A stretch of 64,000 nt of DNA from a virus, in IMG/VR virus record IMGVR_UViG_3300043772_003377, positions 40,514 through 104,513 of that record; one strand, given 5' to 3'. The translations under genes and the position numbers were made by a program. Positions 17,328 through 27,695 of the stretch are shown here, piece by piece. Positions within the stretch are counted from its first letter, which is position 1; each line of letters begins with the position of its first letter. The notes beneath the pieces were generated by a model. That model saw nothing but the letters and a program-made list of their open reading frames with translations. It was not told where the DNA came from and made no database searches.

Positions 17328-18391
17328 TATTGTTCTACTGCTTGAAGTTTATTTAATTGTTCTTCAAAAGATTCTAATCTTTTGTTAATATATGATTCAA
17401 ATAATTCTACCGATTTTGAATAAAATTCTTGTTCTGTCGGTAACTCAGATACGGTTTTTTTCATCCCTTCAAATAAACCTTCACTAACATTATCTTCTAA
17501 CCAATTCTGTAAAAATTGGGAAGTAAAATCAACCAATTGATTTTTATTATTAATCCATAATCCATTATCTTCATTCATCCAACTAGGTACTAAATTAGGT
17601 ACTAATCCGATAACAGGAACTCCTGACTTCATAGATTCTAAAGGAAATGTTCCATAAGCACTTGTCTCGTCAATCCATATTGAAACAAAACAATCTTTTA
17701 AATTTTTTGCAAATTCTTTTTGAGACAACCCTCTCATATCTTTAAATGTAATCCATCTGTATTGAGGGAATTTAATATAAAAAGTCTTAATAAAGTTTGA
17801 AGTATCTCTTTGTTCTCTTGAGTGGATTGCGATAATTGGTTTTGCAGGATAATTACTTGGAACAAAATGTTCAGAAATAAAAGGTTTTAAAACATCATAA
17901 GAAACGCTTCTCATAACACTTTCAAGATATTCTTTTTGAATCTCAGAAGTTGTAATACATTTATAAAATCCGTGTTGAGTCCAAGTTTGACCTGGTTGTA
18001 ATGTTTCTAACATATGGTCGTACGCTTGACACAAAATAATCTTACCACAAGGTAAATTTGCTATCTGACTCATTACAAATCCAAATAATTCGGGGATAAT
18101 AATAAAGTCTTCAGGTGCAACTTCCAAATTTTGTCCCTCAATAGCTTTATGAGGTAATTTTTCCATATATTCAGACCCTAACCACCCAGATACTCCAGTA
18201 TAATCAGGTTTTTCGTGTAACATAATAACATTGTAACCCGATTTTAATAACGACATACCTAAATTGTAAATGTAACCAATTGAGGCTTTCGCATTACCTT
18301 TTGTGTCCTGAACCAAAAGATAAATTCTCGATTTTTTTTCTTTTAAATTTTTAACTGATAATTCCAGTTTTGATGTTTGTTCTTGATTCAT
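17327..18391 (-). CDS. GT-B glycosyltransferase (GT4-like)
   Basis: DFIIIPE; SAYGTFPLESMKSGVPVIG resembles the GT4 ExFGxxxxEAM motif. Confidence 0.7.
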   Translation of the reverse strand: MNQEQTSKLELSVKNLKEKKSRIYLLVQDTKGNAKASIGYIYNLGMSLLKSGYNVIMLHEKPDYTGVSGWLGSEYMEKLPHKAIEGQNLEVAPEDFIIIPELFGFVMSQIANLPCGKIILCQAYDHMLETLQPGQTWTQHGFYKCITTSEIQKEYLESVMRSVSYDVLKPFISEHFVPSNYPAKPIIAIHSREQRDTSNFIKTFYIKFPQYRWITFKDMRGLSQKEFAKNLKDCFVSIWIDETSAYGTFPLESMKSGVPVIGLVPNLVPSWMNEDNGLWINNKNQLVDFTSQFLQNWLEDNVSEGLFEGMKKTVSELPTEQEFYSKSVELFESYINKRLESFEEQLNKLQAVEQ

Positions 18392-18394
18392 AAT

Positions 18395-18670
18395 TTAATA
18401 TTTGTTTATTAATTTTTTATTTAATAAAGAGTTAAATGATAATTTAAAAGGTATTGATAAATCGTTAGTTCCTTTTAAACCTAACGTTTCATCCACCTCA
18501 GCGTCTTCAGTTAAAACCGTATCAATTAACATTTTTACCATCTCATATTTAACCACAGATATTTGGTTTGTAGTGTCTCCCGAAAATTCGCTTTCTATAG
18601 GGTCTACATTTATGAAATCCTCAATTTCATCTAAATCGAAATAGTAGTGGTCACCTAAAATTTTTAACAT
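18395..18670 (-). CDS. Hypothetical protein
   Basis: 91-aa acidic ORF coupled to its neighbours. Confidence 0.7.
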   Translation of the reverse strand: MLKILGDHYYFDLDEIEDFINVDPIESEFSGDTTNQISVVKYEMVKMLIDTVLTEDAEVDETLGLKGTNDLSIPFKLSFNSLLNKKLINKY

Positions 18671-19263
18671 ATTACTTCTTTTAATTTGTTTTCAAAATCT
18701 TTAATAGTTGTAATCGTATTTTGATTTTGAATTTGTTTATTGTAGTCAGTCTCAAATTTTATAACAATTTTGTCTGACGGATAGTCTAATAATAAGGAAG
18801 GATTTGATGTAAGTAAAACATCAATTTCCTCCCACATAGAATTAATTGTGTAATTACTATAAAATTTTACCTTTTCAAATAGACAACCGAACTTAGATAG
18901 GAAAAATAAAGTGGCCGGTTTTGATTTACCAATCTCATCTGATATAATGACAAAATCGTGATCATCTCTCATATTAAGATAAATTTGATTTAAATCGTTA
19001 AATGATGAATATTCTGTTGATTGAGAATGTCCAAATATTTCCATCGGAAATTCTTCATAAAGAAATGAAAATAATTCTTCATCATTTCTAAAATTAAAAT
19101 GTTCCTTCAAGTCTAAAGACTCAATAGGTAATTTAATTTCATATTTAAAATCTTCTTCAGACTCGATTCCTTCAGTTTTATCTATTAGGAATTTTTGATA
19201 TGTCTGAGTGATTTTATCCATAGTGTTTCTTAATACACCATTAACATCAACTCCTATTCTCAT
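18664..19263 (-). CDS. HAD-superfamily 5'(3')-nucleotidase-like protein with degenerate motif I
   Basis: MRIGVDVNGVLRN (DxN in place of DxD); start revised to ATG 19263. Confidence 0.6.
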   Translation of the reverse strand: MRIGVDVNGVLRNTMDKITQTYQKFLIDKTEGIESEEDFKYEIKLPIESLDLKEHFNFRNDEELFSFLYEEFPMEIFGHSQSTEYSSFNDLNQIYLNMRDDHDFVIISDEIGKSKPATLFFLSKFGCLFEKVKFYSNYTINSMWEEIDVLLTSNPSLLLDYPSDKIVIKFETDYNKQIQNQNTITTIKDFENKLKEVIC

Positions 19264-19269
19264 AAACAA

Positions 19270-19297
19270 ATTATATTGTTTAACAAAAAAATGTAAA
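19270..19297 (-). promoter_or_regulatory. Possible sigma70-like promoter
   Basis: TTTACA-N16-TATAAT on the minus strand just before ATG 19263. Confidence 0.4.
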
Positions 19298-19349
19298 GTT
19301 TTTTGTTAATTTTAGAAAAAAAAGAATAATTAGGATATTTATTTAATAT

Positions 19350-20348
19350 ATGGAAGAAAATAAAAAAAAGATTTGGTCTGAAGAAGAAATTATTTTTTTA
19401 AAGAAAAATTATTCAGATATGTTTAATTACGAATTGTGTGAAGTTTTACGTAGAACTGAACAATCTATTTATTTAAAGGCCAATAAATTAGGATTATTAA
19501 AATCAAAAATACACAAATCAAAATGTATTTCTAAGAGAAATAAAATGGTTGGTAGAGATTTGGATAATGATATGTTGTTATTAATCGCTAAAAAATATAA
19601 AACCAGATCAGAATTCCAAAAGAATGACCCCGCAGCGTACTCAACTTCAAGAAGAAAGGGTATTTTGGATGAAATTTGTTCTCATATGATTTCTAAATCA
19701 TTTAGTATTCCACAATTAATACTTAAAGATATTGTTTCTAAATTATATAAAACCGATAATGTAATTTATAACGATAAAAAAACATTAAATCCTTACGAAA
19801 TCGATGTGTATTTACCTGATTATAATCTTGGGTTTGAGTATAACGGTAAAGGGTGGCACATCGATAATGTAAGAGATAAATTAAAAAATGAATTATCTTT
19901 ATTAAATAACATTTTATTAATAACTATAACCGAAAATAATAGAGATTATGAGTCGGACATTAAAAATCAATTAATTTTTAATATTGAAAATTTCAAAATA
20001 AAAACTTCTGTTAATGAAATTAATGATATTATCATAGATAATCCATATTCTAAAATATATGATATAGACGATTTAATTAGAATTACCAAATCCTACAACT
20101 CTTTTAAAGATTTTTATAAAAATGAACAATCAGTATATGTTAAAATATCAAAATTGGGTTTAATTGACGAATTAACCAAACATATGTGTTGTAGAAGGAA
20201 AAAACGAGAATTAAACGAAGTAATTGAAAAAATAAATATGTACCAATATCTTAATGAATTAATCACTAAAGATCGTGGCACTTATCTGTATGTTAAGAAA
20301 AATAAATTAGAATATTTATTGAACAACCTAAAAAGAATTAAAAATTAA
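19350..20348 (+). CDS. Free-standing putative homing endonuclease (PD-(D/E)xK/Vsr-like)
   Basis: YEIDVYLPDYNLGFEYNGKGWH nuclease motif; N-terminal WSEEEIIFLKKNY helical domain; repeated YKTRSEFQK / YNSFKDFYK units; opposite orientation to the surrounding operon. Confidence 0.65.
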   Translation: MEENKKKIWSEEEIIFLKKNYSDMFNYELCEVLRRTEQSIYLKANKLGLLKSKIHKSKCISKRNKMVGRDLDNDMLLLIAKKYKTRSEFQKNDPAAYSTSRRKGILDEICSHMISKSFSIPQLILKDIVSKLYKTDNVIYNDKKTLNPYEIDVYLPDYNLGFEYNGKGWHIDNVRDKLKNELSLLNNILLITITENNRDYESDIKNQLIFNIENFKIKTSVNEINDIIIDNPYSKIYDIDDLIRITKSYNSFKDFYKNEQSVYVKISKLGLIDELTKHMCCRRKKRELNEVIEKINMYQYLNELITKDRGTYLYVKKNKLEYLLNNLKRIKN

Positions 20349-21073
20349 TCGTTGTAACGTTTAATTATTTCTTTAATTATTGGATTTCTAACGACATCAC
20401 TATCAGTAAAAGTACTGATTCCAATACCTCTTACATTATTAAGTCGTTTTATCGCGTCATATAGACCCGATTTCTCCTTATCTTTAAATTTGTCCGATTG
20501 TTCAATATCTCCTGATATGAAAAATTTGCTATTAAAACCAATCCTTGTTAATATCAATTTCATTTCTAACGGGGTTGTATTCTGACTTTCCTCAACCACA
20601 CAAATCGCATTGTCTATGTTAAACCCTCTAAGGTATGAAATAGATAGAACCTCAATAAAACCAGCATCTTTTAATTTTTCCCTCGATTCTTTACCTATAA
20701 TTTTATTTAATAAGTAATAGGATGGTAAAATATAAGGCTCCATTTTTTCCTCGTAAGTACCGGGAAGACTTCCTAAACGGGAGTCCCCACCCTCAACAAC
20801 GGGTCTAATAATTATTATCTTTTCATATGGTGTTGTTGGGTCACCTAATAAATCAATAGCCGCCTTCATAGAAATGTAACTTTTACCTGTACCCGCAGGA
20901 CCTGAGCAAATGGTTATTTCATTGTCTAATAGAGTGTCATAGTATTTCTTTTGATTTTCAGTTAAAAATTTTTGTTTAGTTTTCTTTTTTACAATTTCAC
21001 AAATAATTTCTTTTTTTGTTTTATAAATTTTTTGTTCATCGTTTTGAACACTTGGTTTTTTCTTTTGAGTCAT
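20345..21073 (-). CDS. phoH: PhoH-like ATPase
   Basis: GPAGTGKS Walker A, IIIIRP, LGSLPG, YLRG, EESQN, RIG, GDIEQSD, VVRNP. Confidence 0.92.
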   Translation of the reverse strand: MTQKKKPSVQNDEQKIYKTKKEIICEIVKKKTKQKFLTENQKKYYDTLLDNEITICSGPAGTGKSYISMKAAIDLLGDPTTPYEKIIIIRPVVEGGDSRLGSLPGTYEEKMEPYILPSYYLLNKIIGKESREKLKDAGFIEVLSISYLRGFNIDNAICVVEESQNTTPLEMKLILTRIGFNSKFFISGDIEQSDKFKDKEKSGLYDAIKRLNNVRGIGISTFTDSDVVRNPIIKEIIKRYND

Positions 21074-21083
21074 ATATTATTTT

Positions 21084-22592
21084 TTACTCGAAATGAAGTT
21101 TATCTTTTAATTTTTCGATATTACTTACAACAAAAGGTAATAGATTATTTTTATAATCATAGTGTAATTTATTTATATTTTCAGAGTCCTCGTTTCTACT
21201 TACAGATTCGTAATGGTACGCAACCAAATTACCATCAGTATAATTTTCTAAACCATTTAATATACAAGACATATTAAGTTCAACATCCTCAAAACAGCTA
21301 ACATATTTTTCATTAAAAAAATTACACTTTTCAAAAATATTTTTACGAATCATTAATAATCCGCCGGTATTACCTAAAACTTTTTTTATGGATAAATCAA
21401 AATTATAGTAACAATTAAGTCCTATGTGAGAAACTCCAAATATTTTATTTTTATTTATAATTCCGTAGATTCCATTATGTTGTATGGTGTTATTTTCATA
21501 ATGTAATCTACACCCAACGGTTCCAACTTTAACATTTTCCTTAAAAATTTTTAACATACCATAGATAATGTTATTCATAACTTTAATGTCGTTATTTGAA
21601 AATAGGATAAATTCGTATTCGTTACTAATATGATTTTTAACAACATCATTATTTATTTTGGCGAAGTTATAGTAATCATATTCTATTAAATTTATGTTAT
21701 CGTGTGAAGAAATAAAATTTTTAATTTTTGTTTTTTCTTCTTCACTTGACCCTGTATCGGCAATAAAAATACTGAACATATTTTTATTACAATGTTCATA
21801 GAAAGAATTGATACAATCGAATAACATTTCAATTTTACCTTTTGTGGGTATAACAATCGCAACCTTACCTATATTTTTAATAAGTTTTTCTTTAATCTCA
21901 GGAACATAAATTTTATTAGGTTTTAAATCTAAAGGTAATACGTGTCTCCATTTTTGTAAGAATTTTTCTTTTGACTCATAGAATTCTTGATTTGGTCTCC
22001 CTACAGACTGATGAGTAATTTCAAATGAAGATGTTACACCAATTTTAACGTCATCCATATAATTTGGTATACAAAATAAATGATCGTAAAAGTGAAACTT
22101 ACCAATCGATTCATCAAATTTATGTTTGATTTTAGTCTTATCAAATGAAATGAACAAACCATCAATTGTTACTACCGGTATTAAAAAAGGTAATTTTGGA
22201 GAATATTTACTTAGAAATTTTTTTTGACCTTCAGGTTGATGATAAACTTGACCGACCATAGTTTGGAACATTTTCTCCCAATAAACTCCTGATTCGGGAA
22301 AATAACAAGAACCGGCTTTCCCAATTATACCAAATTCAGAATTATTTGAAAAATCTGATAGTAGTTTTTTACCCCAACCTTTTTCAAGGTGAATGTCATT
22401 ATGACAACAAACAACAATGTCGAATTTAGATTGTTCAATACCATAATTATAAACTTGAGATAATGAATGAGTGTTGTGATTAACAAACTCAATTATTTGA
22501 ACATCCTTTAAACCAACACTATCTAAGATATGTTGTTTAAATTTTTTATTGTAGTTCTCGTCTTTGTGCGTTGAATAAATTATTGTTATCAT
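21084..22592 (-). CDS. Two-domain glycosyltransferase family 2
   Basis: Domain 1 CCHNDI..FHFYD; domain 2 VAIVIPTK..FSNNDI..FEDVEL..HYESVSR. Confidence 0.85.
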   Translation of the reverse strand: MITIIYSTHKDENYNKKFKQHILDSVGLKDVQIIEFVNHNTHSLSQVYNYGIEQSKFDIVVCCHNDIHLEKGWGKKLLSDFSNNSEFGIIGKAGSCYFPESGVYWEKMFQTMVGQVYHQPEGQKKFLSKYSPKLPFLIPVVTIDGLFISFDKTKIKHKFDESIGKFHFYDHLFCIPNYMDDVKIGVTSSFEITHQSVGRPNQEFYESKEKFLQKWRHVLPLDLKPNKIYVPEIKEKLIKNIGKVAIVIPTKGKIEMLFDCINSFYEHCNKNMFSIFIADTGSSEEEKTKIKNFISSHDNINLIEYDYYNFAKINNDVVKNHISNEYEFILFSNNDIKVMNNIIYGMLKIFKENVKVGTVGCRLHYENNTIQHNGIYGIINKNKIFGVSHIGLNCYYNFDLSIKKVLGNTGGLLMIRKNIFEKCNFFNEKYVSCFEDVELNMSCILNGLENYTDGNLVAYHYESVSRNEDSENINKLHYDYKNNLLPFVVSNIEKLKDKLHFE

Positions 22593-22622
22593 ATTTGTTT
22601 ATTTTAATAAAAATACCTGTAA

Positions 22623-23183
22623 CTATAGTTTTTCAAAAACCATTATAGTGTTTCTAAAATAAGAACATTTATCTTCAGGAACTAGTCTTGCATCTTCGCT
22701 CAACCCCTTTAAATACCTAAAACCTAAATCTTCAATTAATGGAAGTATCTCATCATTATTAAGTTCATTAAAATGCCCATACCCCCCTTGACCTCTAACC
22801 GCCCAAGATAGGATTAAATACTTATCGCAATTATTTTTTAGATTATTCAGTAATATTTGTTGATATTCTTTAGGTATATGTTCACCCACTTCTAAACAAA
22901 TAACAATTCCTTTTTTATCCAATACAATTGGTTGGGCTAAATTTAATTTTAAAATGTTAAACTCGTAATCAGTTTTCATAGGGTCAGCTTCAACACCTGT
23001 AATATTTTTAAACCCCCTATTATGTAAATCATTTAGATAATAACCTAAACCACATCCAAAATCATAAATTTGATGTTCTTTATAATCATTTAAAAAATTA
23101 GAAATCCAATTACTTAGATTCTCACTATGTATATGATGTGAAACCGAATTTTCTTTTAACCAATAACCTGTGTTGTGTATCAT
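22623..23183 (-). CDS. Class I SAM-dependent methyltransferase
   Basis: IYDFGCGLG; ICLEVGEHIP; GQGGYGHFNE. Confidence 0.85.
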   Translation of the reverse strand: MIHNTGYWLKENSVSHHIHSENLSNWISNFLNDYKEHQIYDFGCGLGYYLNDLHNRGFKNITGVEADPMKTDYEFNILKLNLAQPIVLDKKGIVICLEVGEHIPKEYQQILLNNLKNNCDKYLILSWAVRGQGGYGHFNELNNDEILPLIEDLGFRYLKGLSEDARLVPEDKCSYFRNTIMVFEKL

Positions 23184-23207
23184 ATTTTATTTTATTTTAT
23201 TTTATTG

Positions 23208-23873
23208 TTATATTAAAAAATTATTAGTTCGTCTATATCCAATGTGGTAGCAAGATGTATTTTCTAACGTTGCGGATAAGTAATTAAATTGTTTTGTATG
23301 TACAGAACAATAATATTCGTCCCCGAAAGCTGAAATTCCATGTGGAAACATTTTATTATAATCAGATTTTCTTCGTAATCCTGGATTCCAAGAATATCCA
23401 TTCCATATTTGAGTTGTTGATACGACATAACTTTGTGTTAATAACCTATATGGGACTAATTTGGTGGTTAGAAGTTTTTCTGAACTAATAGGATGTAAAT
23501 AATCATATCTATGTCTAATATAGACTTGATGTATACTTAAATTTTCTTGTAGTATCTCTAAAGAATCTGAAATAAAATTAGAATTACCATCAAACAACCA
23601 ATCGTCCTCACAATGAAATATATATTCATTTTTAGAATTAGTAAATAAATTATCCAAGCTTTTAGATAACCCTAATCTTGGGTTATTTTTTATTATTCTA
23701 AATTTATCACCAAACTTACTAACTAATAATTCGTTAGTTTCATCATTACCGGAATCGTCTGACATTATGAATTCATCAATGGGGTAATTACTTGTTTTAA
23801 AAAAACTATCAATTGTTTTCTCTAATAAACCAATTCTATTACAAGATGTGATAGTAAATGTTATAGGTATCAT
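23208..23873 (-). CDS. Glycosyltransferase family 2
   Basis: ITSCNR, DDSG, IFHCEDDW, HIG. Confidence 0.8.
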   Translation of the reverse strand: MIPITFTITSCNRIGLLEKTIDSFFKTSNYPIDEFIMSDDSGNDETNELLVSKFGDKFRIIKNNPRLGLSKSLDNLFTNSKNEYIFHCEDDWLFDGNSNFISDSLEILQENLSIHQVYIRHRYDYLHPISSEKLLTTKLVPYRLLTQSYVVSTTQIWNGYSWNPGLRRKSDYNKMFPHGISAFGDEYYCSVHTKQFNYLSATLENTSCYHIGYRRTNNFLI

Positions 23874-24598
23874 AAAATCACCATATTTTTTTCGTTTAAA
23901 ATTTTATCCATCATATTGTAAACCCATTCAATTTCCGAGTAATGTTTACCCCATTTTTTCGTTTTATTTAATTCACTTAGTCTTGATAATCTTTGTTTAT
24001 AAATGTTGCCAACATATTCTTTACCCAAATATTTATAATGTAATATTTTAATTTCGTCACAATATGAAAATATTGAATTATTTGATGTACAATGATGTGC
24101 TCCTACATCAAATCTAATATCTATCTTTGGGTTAAAAATTATTGATTTAGATAAATACGTCATTTTTCCTGACCCTATTTTAACTTTTTCAAGTAATGAT
24201 TTCCCGTCGTATTCTGGAAATACTTCAGAAACCATTTCGTGTCCTGAAGTATTAATTATAGTTATACCTTCGTTTTTGTAACGGGATAAAACATTTAATA
24301 AATTCGGGTGATAAACAAATTCATCACAATCACACGTTATTACCCAATCAACATTATTTCTACTTCTGTCTTTATAACAATTACTTTTAATATCGACATA
24401 ATTCATTTCATTAATTTCATTATTACTATTCCACTTAATAACCTCAACCTTTGGGTATTTAGAATATATTTCATCGGACGAATCTGTCGACATATTATCC
24501 CAAACAAAAATTTTTTCACAAAATGACGAATAATGGTCTAATGTAAATGGTAGCATTTTTTCCTCATTATAGGATAATATATGTGCGTGTATATTCAT
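23870..24598 (-). CDS. Glycosyltransferase family 2-like
   Basis: YNEEKML, DNMSTDSS, DWVITCDCDEF, LHYKY. Confidence 0.8.
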   Translation of the reverse strand: MNIHAHILSYNEEKMLPFTLDHYSSFCEKIFVWDNMSTDSSDEIYSKYPKVEVIKWNSNNEINEMNYVDIKSNCYKDRSRNNVDWVITCDCDEFVYHPNLLNVLSRYKNEGITIINTSGHEMVSEVFPEYDGKSLLEKVKIGSGKMTYLSKSIIFNPKIDIRFDVGAHHCTSNNSIFSYCDEIKILHYKYLGKEYVGNIYKQRLSRLSELNKTKKWGKHYSEIEWVYNMMDKILNEKNMVIL

Positions 24599-24599
24599 A

Positions 24600-25304
24600 T
24601 TATAGAACTAAATTAAATTTTTTATTAACAAATTCAGATATACCGTCTAAATTATTTTCTCTCGGTTTTCTTGGGTAGATATTAACAATCTCAGATTTCA
24701 ATGATAAAGTTTCTAATAAAAATAAATTAGATGTCGATACTGTATGTATTTCGGAAGCATTTTCAATAATTTTACCCCAATCTAATAATGTAAAACCATT
24801 TATAAAATCCATATTAACAATATCAAAATTAGACTCCGTTTGAATTGGGACATTCCCATCACTCCATCTACTATTCACCAAAATGTAATTTTCATTTTTT
24901 ACCAATAAATTATACAATTCATTTTCTTTTTCTATATTCCTTTCCCAACTCAATGTTTTCCATAAATTTTCAGATAGATTTAACATTCGGTATTTATCTA
25001 ACATAGTGTGATATTGATCCGAATAATCGTGAGGATTTAAATTTCTAAAAATTGGATTTGCAAATCTTAGAGGTATGTGAATAATAGAATCATTAATTTT
25101 ACCAAAAAAAGTATTTTCATAATTAAAATTAAAATCACTTTTTTTTACAAAATTAATATATGGTATATAATCTTTTATCCAAAAATATTCGTCTAAAATA
25201 GGCCAAATAATTTCATTTTTACCATTCTCATATAAATGTTTTGCTATAGGTTCACAAAATAATATATCCCCCAATCCTTGAAATTGATTAATTAAGTACT
25301 TCAT
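24600..25304 (-). CDS. Putative GT-B glycosyltransferase (GT9-like N-terminus)
   Basis: QGLGDILFCEPIAKHL; IENASEIHTVSTS; start revised to ATG 25304, which overlaps the upstream stop. Confidence 0.5.
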   Translation of the reverse strand: MKYLINQFQGLGDILFCEPIAKHLYENGKNEIIWPILDEYFWIKDYIPYINFVKKSDFNFNYENTFFGKINDSIIHIPLRFANPIFRNLNPHDYSDQYHTMLDKYRMLNLSENLWKTLSWERNIEKENELYNLLVKNENYILVNSRWSDGNVPIQTESNFDIVNMDFINGFTLLDWGKIIENASEIHTVSTSNLFLLETLSLKSEIVNIYPRKPRENNLDGISEFVNKKFNLVL

Positions 25305-25789
25305 TTTTCGCACATCGACATAAAAGAATTATTTAAATCGGTCTGACTGACAAAAATATTCTTATAATTTTTATGGGTTAGATAATTTTTAATTATTTCG
25401 GGTGTAAAAATATTTAAATGTTTTCTATTATTCCAAGGTCTCCAATATTCTTGCGAATAATCGGGTAGATATATAAATAACGTACCACCAATTTTCAATG
25501 TATCATACCAATAATCCATAACCTCAACCCAATTTTGGATATGTTCTAAACAATGACTTGAAAATATGTAATCAACATCCTGTTTTGGTAAGTTTAATGC
25601 GTGATACCCATCTTTAAATGATTCGTCTATTGGAATTGAACCTGGAAACGACCATTCAATTTTCATACACCCAATGTCATAACCTTCCCCTATACATACG
25701 TGTTTTGCGAATGGAAACGCGAATTGAGACGCAAAACCTTCACATTGAAAGTGCGGATATATTTTATTTTTATAATTAATAATCTTCAT
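25301..25789 (-). CDS. SAM-dependent methyltransferase (type 11-like)
   Basis: GYDIGC, DYIFSSHCLEH, LKIGGTLFIYLP. Confidence 0.85.
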   Translation of the reverse strand: MKIINYKNKIYPHFQCEGFASQFAFPFAKHVCIGEGYDIGCMKIEWSFPGSIPIDESFKDGYHALNLPKQDVDYIFSSHCLEHIQNWVEVMDYWYDTLKIGGTLFIYLPDYSQEYWRPWNNRKHLNIFTPEIIKNYLTHKNYKNIFVSQTDLNNSFMSMCEK

Positions 25790-25800
25790 AATAAATTTAA

Positions 25801-26340
25801 TTATTTTTTAATTCCCCAAAAATACAAATCACAATCAATAGGATTAAACGTAAATTCATATTTGGAGAATATGTTATCAGGATTAATAACGTCTCTTATA
25901 TCTTCTTCTGTTAAATTTTTATAATAATTTCCCCATTCATCTAACCCATTAAGTAATGGGGCGTCTTGAGGTTTGGTTCTTCTAGTTCCGTGTTCTGGTC
26001 GACCTGTAGACGCACAGGTAAACGTGAATAATCCCCCTGATTTAGTTAATAATATGGCATTTTTAATTGTTTCAGAATAAAACATATCGTGTTCAAAACA
26101 TTCTGAACTAATTACGATATCGAACAAAACTTCACTTCTGTATTCGTGACCTTTACTAACAATGTCTACATTTGGTCCTTTACCAACATCTACTCCAACA
26201 TAAGTATATTCATCGAATAAAAATCGGTTATTACCATTAATATCTAAAGATCCTATATCTAATACCGAACAATTGATGAATTTTTCGGGAAATAATTTTT
26301 TAACATTAATGAAAAAATTTTTTTGTGCCAGATGAGCCAT
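25801..26340 (-). CDS. SAM-dependent methyltransferase
   Basis: VLDIGSLDING, FDIVISSECFEHD, KSGGL. Confidence 0.85.
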   Translation of the reverse strand: MAHLAQKNFFINVKKLFPEKFINCSVLDIGSLDINGNNRFLFDEYTYVGVDVGKGPNVDIVSKGHEYRSEVLFDIVISSECFEHDMFYSETIKNAILLTKSGGLFTFTCASTGRPEHGTRRTKPQDAPLLNGLDEWGNYYKNLTEEDIRDVINPDNIFSKYEFTFNPIDCDLYFWGIKK

Positions 26341-26367
26341 ATTATTTTTATTTATTTTTATTTATTT

Positions 26368-26964
26368 TTAAATACCTGTCGAACCGAACCCGTTACTGCC
26401 GCGGTCTTTATCAAATTTATTATTGCTTTCAGTTGGATTTACCCACTTACCATTAACCACAGGACATAAAACCGCTTGAGCAATTTTCATACCTTTATTA
26501 ATTGTGAAAGGTTCTTTATTTGTATTAAAAATAATAACCTTTACTTCACCTGTATAAGAATTGTCCACGGTTCCTGGCGAATTTAAACACATTAAACCTT
26601 GATTTATAGCTAACCCACTTTTAGATCTAACCTGAATCTCATATCCATCTTTAATGTCAAAAGATAATCCTGTAGGGACTAATGCTCTACCTAACCCATC
26701 AACAACAACTTCTTCAGTAGAATATAAATCAAATCCCGAATCTCCATCATAATTGTATTTTGGACTAACAGCGTCTTCGTGTAATTTATGGAATGGTAAA
26801 TCCATTTTTGGAACATAATTGGACATATCCTTTTCTAACCCAAGAATATCCACCCCATATTCCTCTTCAATTAAATTGTAATCAATATCGTTATTTTCAT
26901 CATCACCTAACATTGACCTCAATTTTTTTGTTTGTTCTCTGAGAGAATTTAAATCGTAATTCAT
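26368..26964 (-). CDS. dut: Trimeric dUTPase with N-terminal extension
   Basis: Five motifs: SGFDL, RSKSGL, GTVDNSYTGEV, IAQAV, RGSNGFGSTG. Confidence 0.93.
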   Translation of the reverse strand: MNYDLNSLREQTKKLRSMLGDDENNDIDYNLIEEEYGVDILGLEKDMSNYVPKMDLPFHKLHEDAVSPKYNYDGDSGFDLYSTEEVVVDGLGRALVPTGLSFDIKDGYEIQVRSKSGLAINQGLMCLNSPGTVDNSYTGEVKVIIFNTNKEPFTINKGMKIAQAVLCPVVNGKWVNPTESNNKFDKDRGSNGFGSTGI

Positions 26965-27695
26965 TCTAACTCTTTTAATTTTTTAATTACTTTTATTAAT
27001 ACATTAACATCTTCTTCACAATATTCGGATATTTCTTTTAATTTCCCACCATTCCAATAAGAATCGTGAACATTATCTCCTTTAACTTCCCCTTCTTTTG
27101 ATGAAGGTAATCCAAGACAAGAACATAATAAATCTAAGGAACCTATTGAACTATATGAACCATATTGCCAAATTTCTTTTGTATCAATCGCTTTTATTTC
27201 CCAAGGTTTTGTGTCATAACTCGGTAAAATAGATGAAGGCATTATTCCGTTTACTATCATTCTTTTGGCAATCATTGGAATATCAAAATTCTTTAAATTA
27301 TGTCCGCACAAAAAGAACTCTAATTTTGAACATCTATCAAGTAAAACTTTACAAGATTTTAGTAATTCTTTTTCATCGTGACCTGAAAATGTTTGTCTTT
27401 TAATATCTCCACTATCAGTAACAAACGCGAAACTAACACAAACTATTTTGGCGAACTCAGGAACTAAAGCCGATCTTTTAATGAAAACATTATTTTTATG
27501 GTCGAAAATTTCCTGAAGATTAGCGCCAGTTCCAATATCGTCTTCAGGAAATCTTTTCAAGAACCAATCAAAATATTTATCGAATTGCGAACATAAGTTT
27601 ACGTCTTGTTCTAAAAAGGTCGTGTAGTTTTTATAACATCCGACCGTTTCAATATCCATAAATAATATCTTAGTTAAAGGAATTTTTACAATCAT
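26961..27695 (-). CDS. DEDD 3'-5' exonuclease (PolB-exonuclease-like)
   Basis: FMDIETV, GHNLKNFDIP, YCEEDV. Confidence 0.85.
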   Translation of the reverse strand: MIVKIPLTKILFMDIETVGCYKNYTTFLEQDVNLCSQFDKYFDWFLKRFPEDDIGTGANLQEIFDHKNNVFIKRSALVPEFAKIVCVSFAFVTDSGDIKRQTFSGHDEKELLKSCKVLLDRCSKLEFFLCGHNLKNFDIPMIAKRMIVNGIMPSSILPSYDTKPWEIKAIDTKEIWQYGSYSSIGSLDLLCSCLGLPSSKEGEVKGDNVHDSYWNGGKLKEISEYCEEDVNVLIKVIKKLKELE

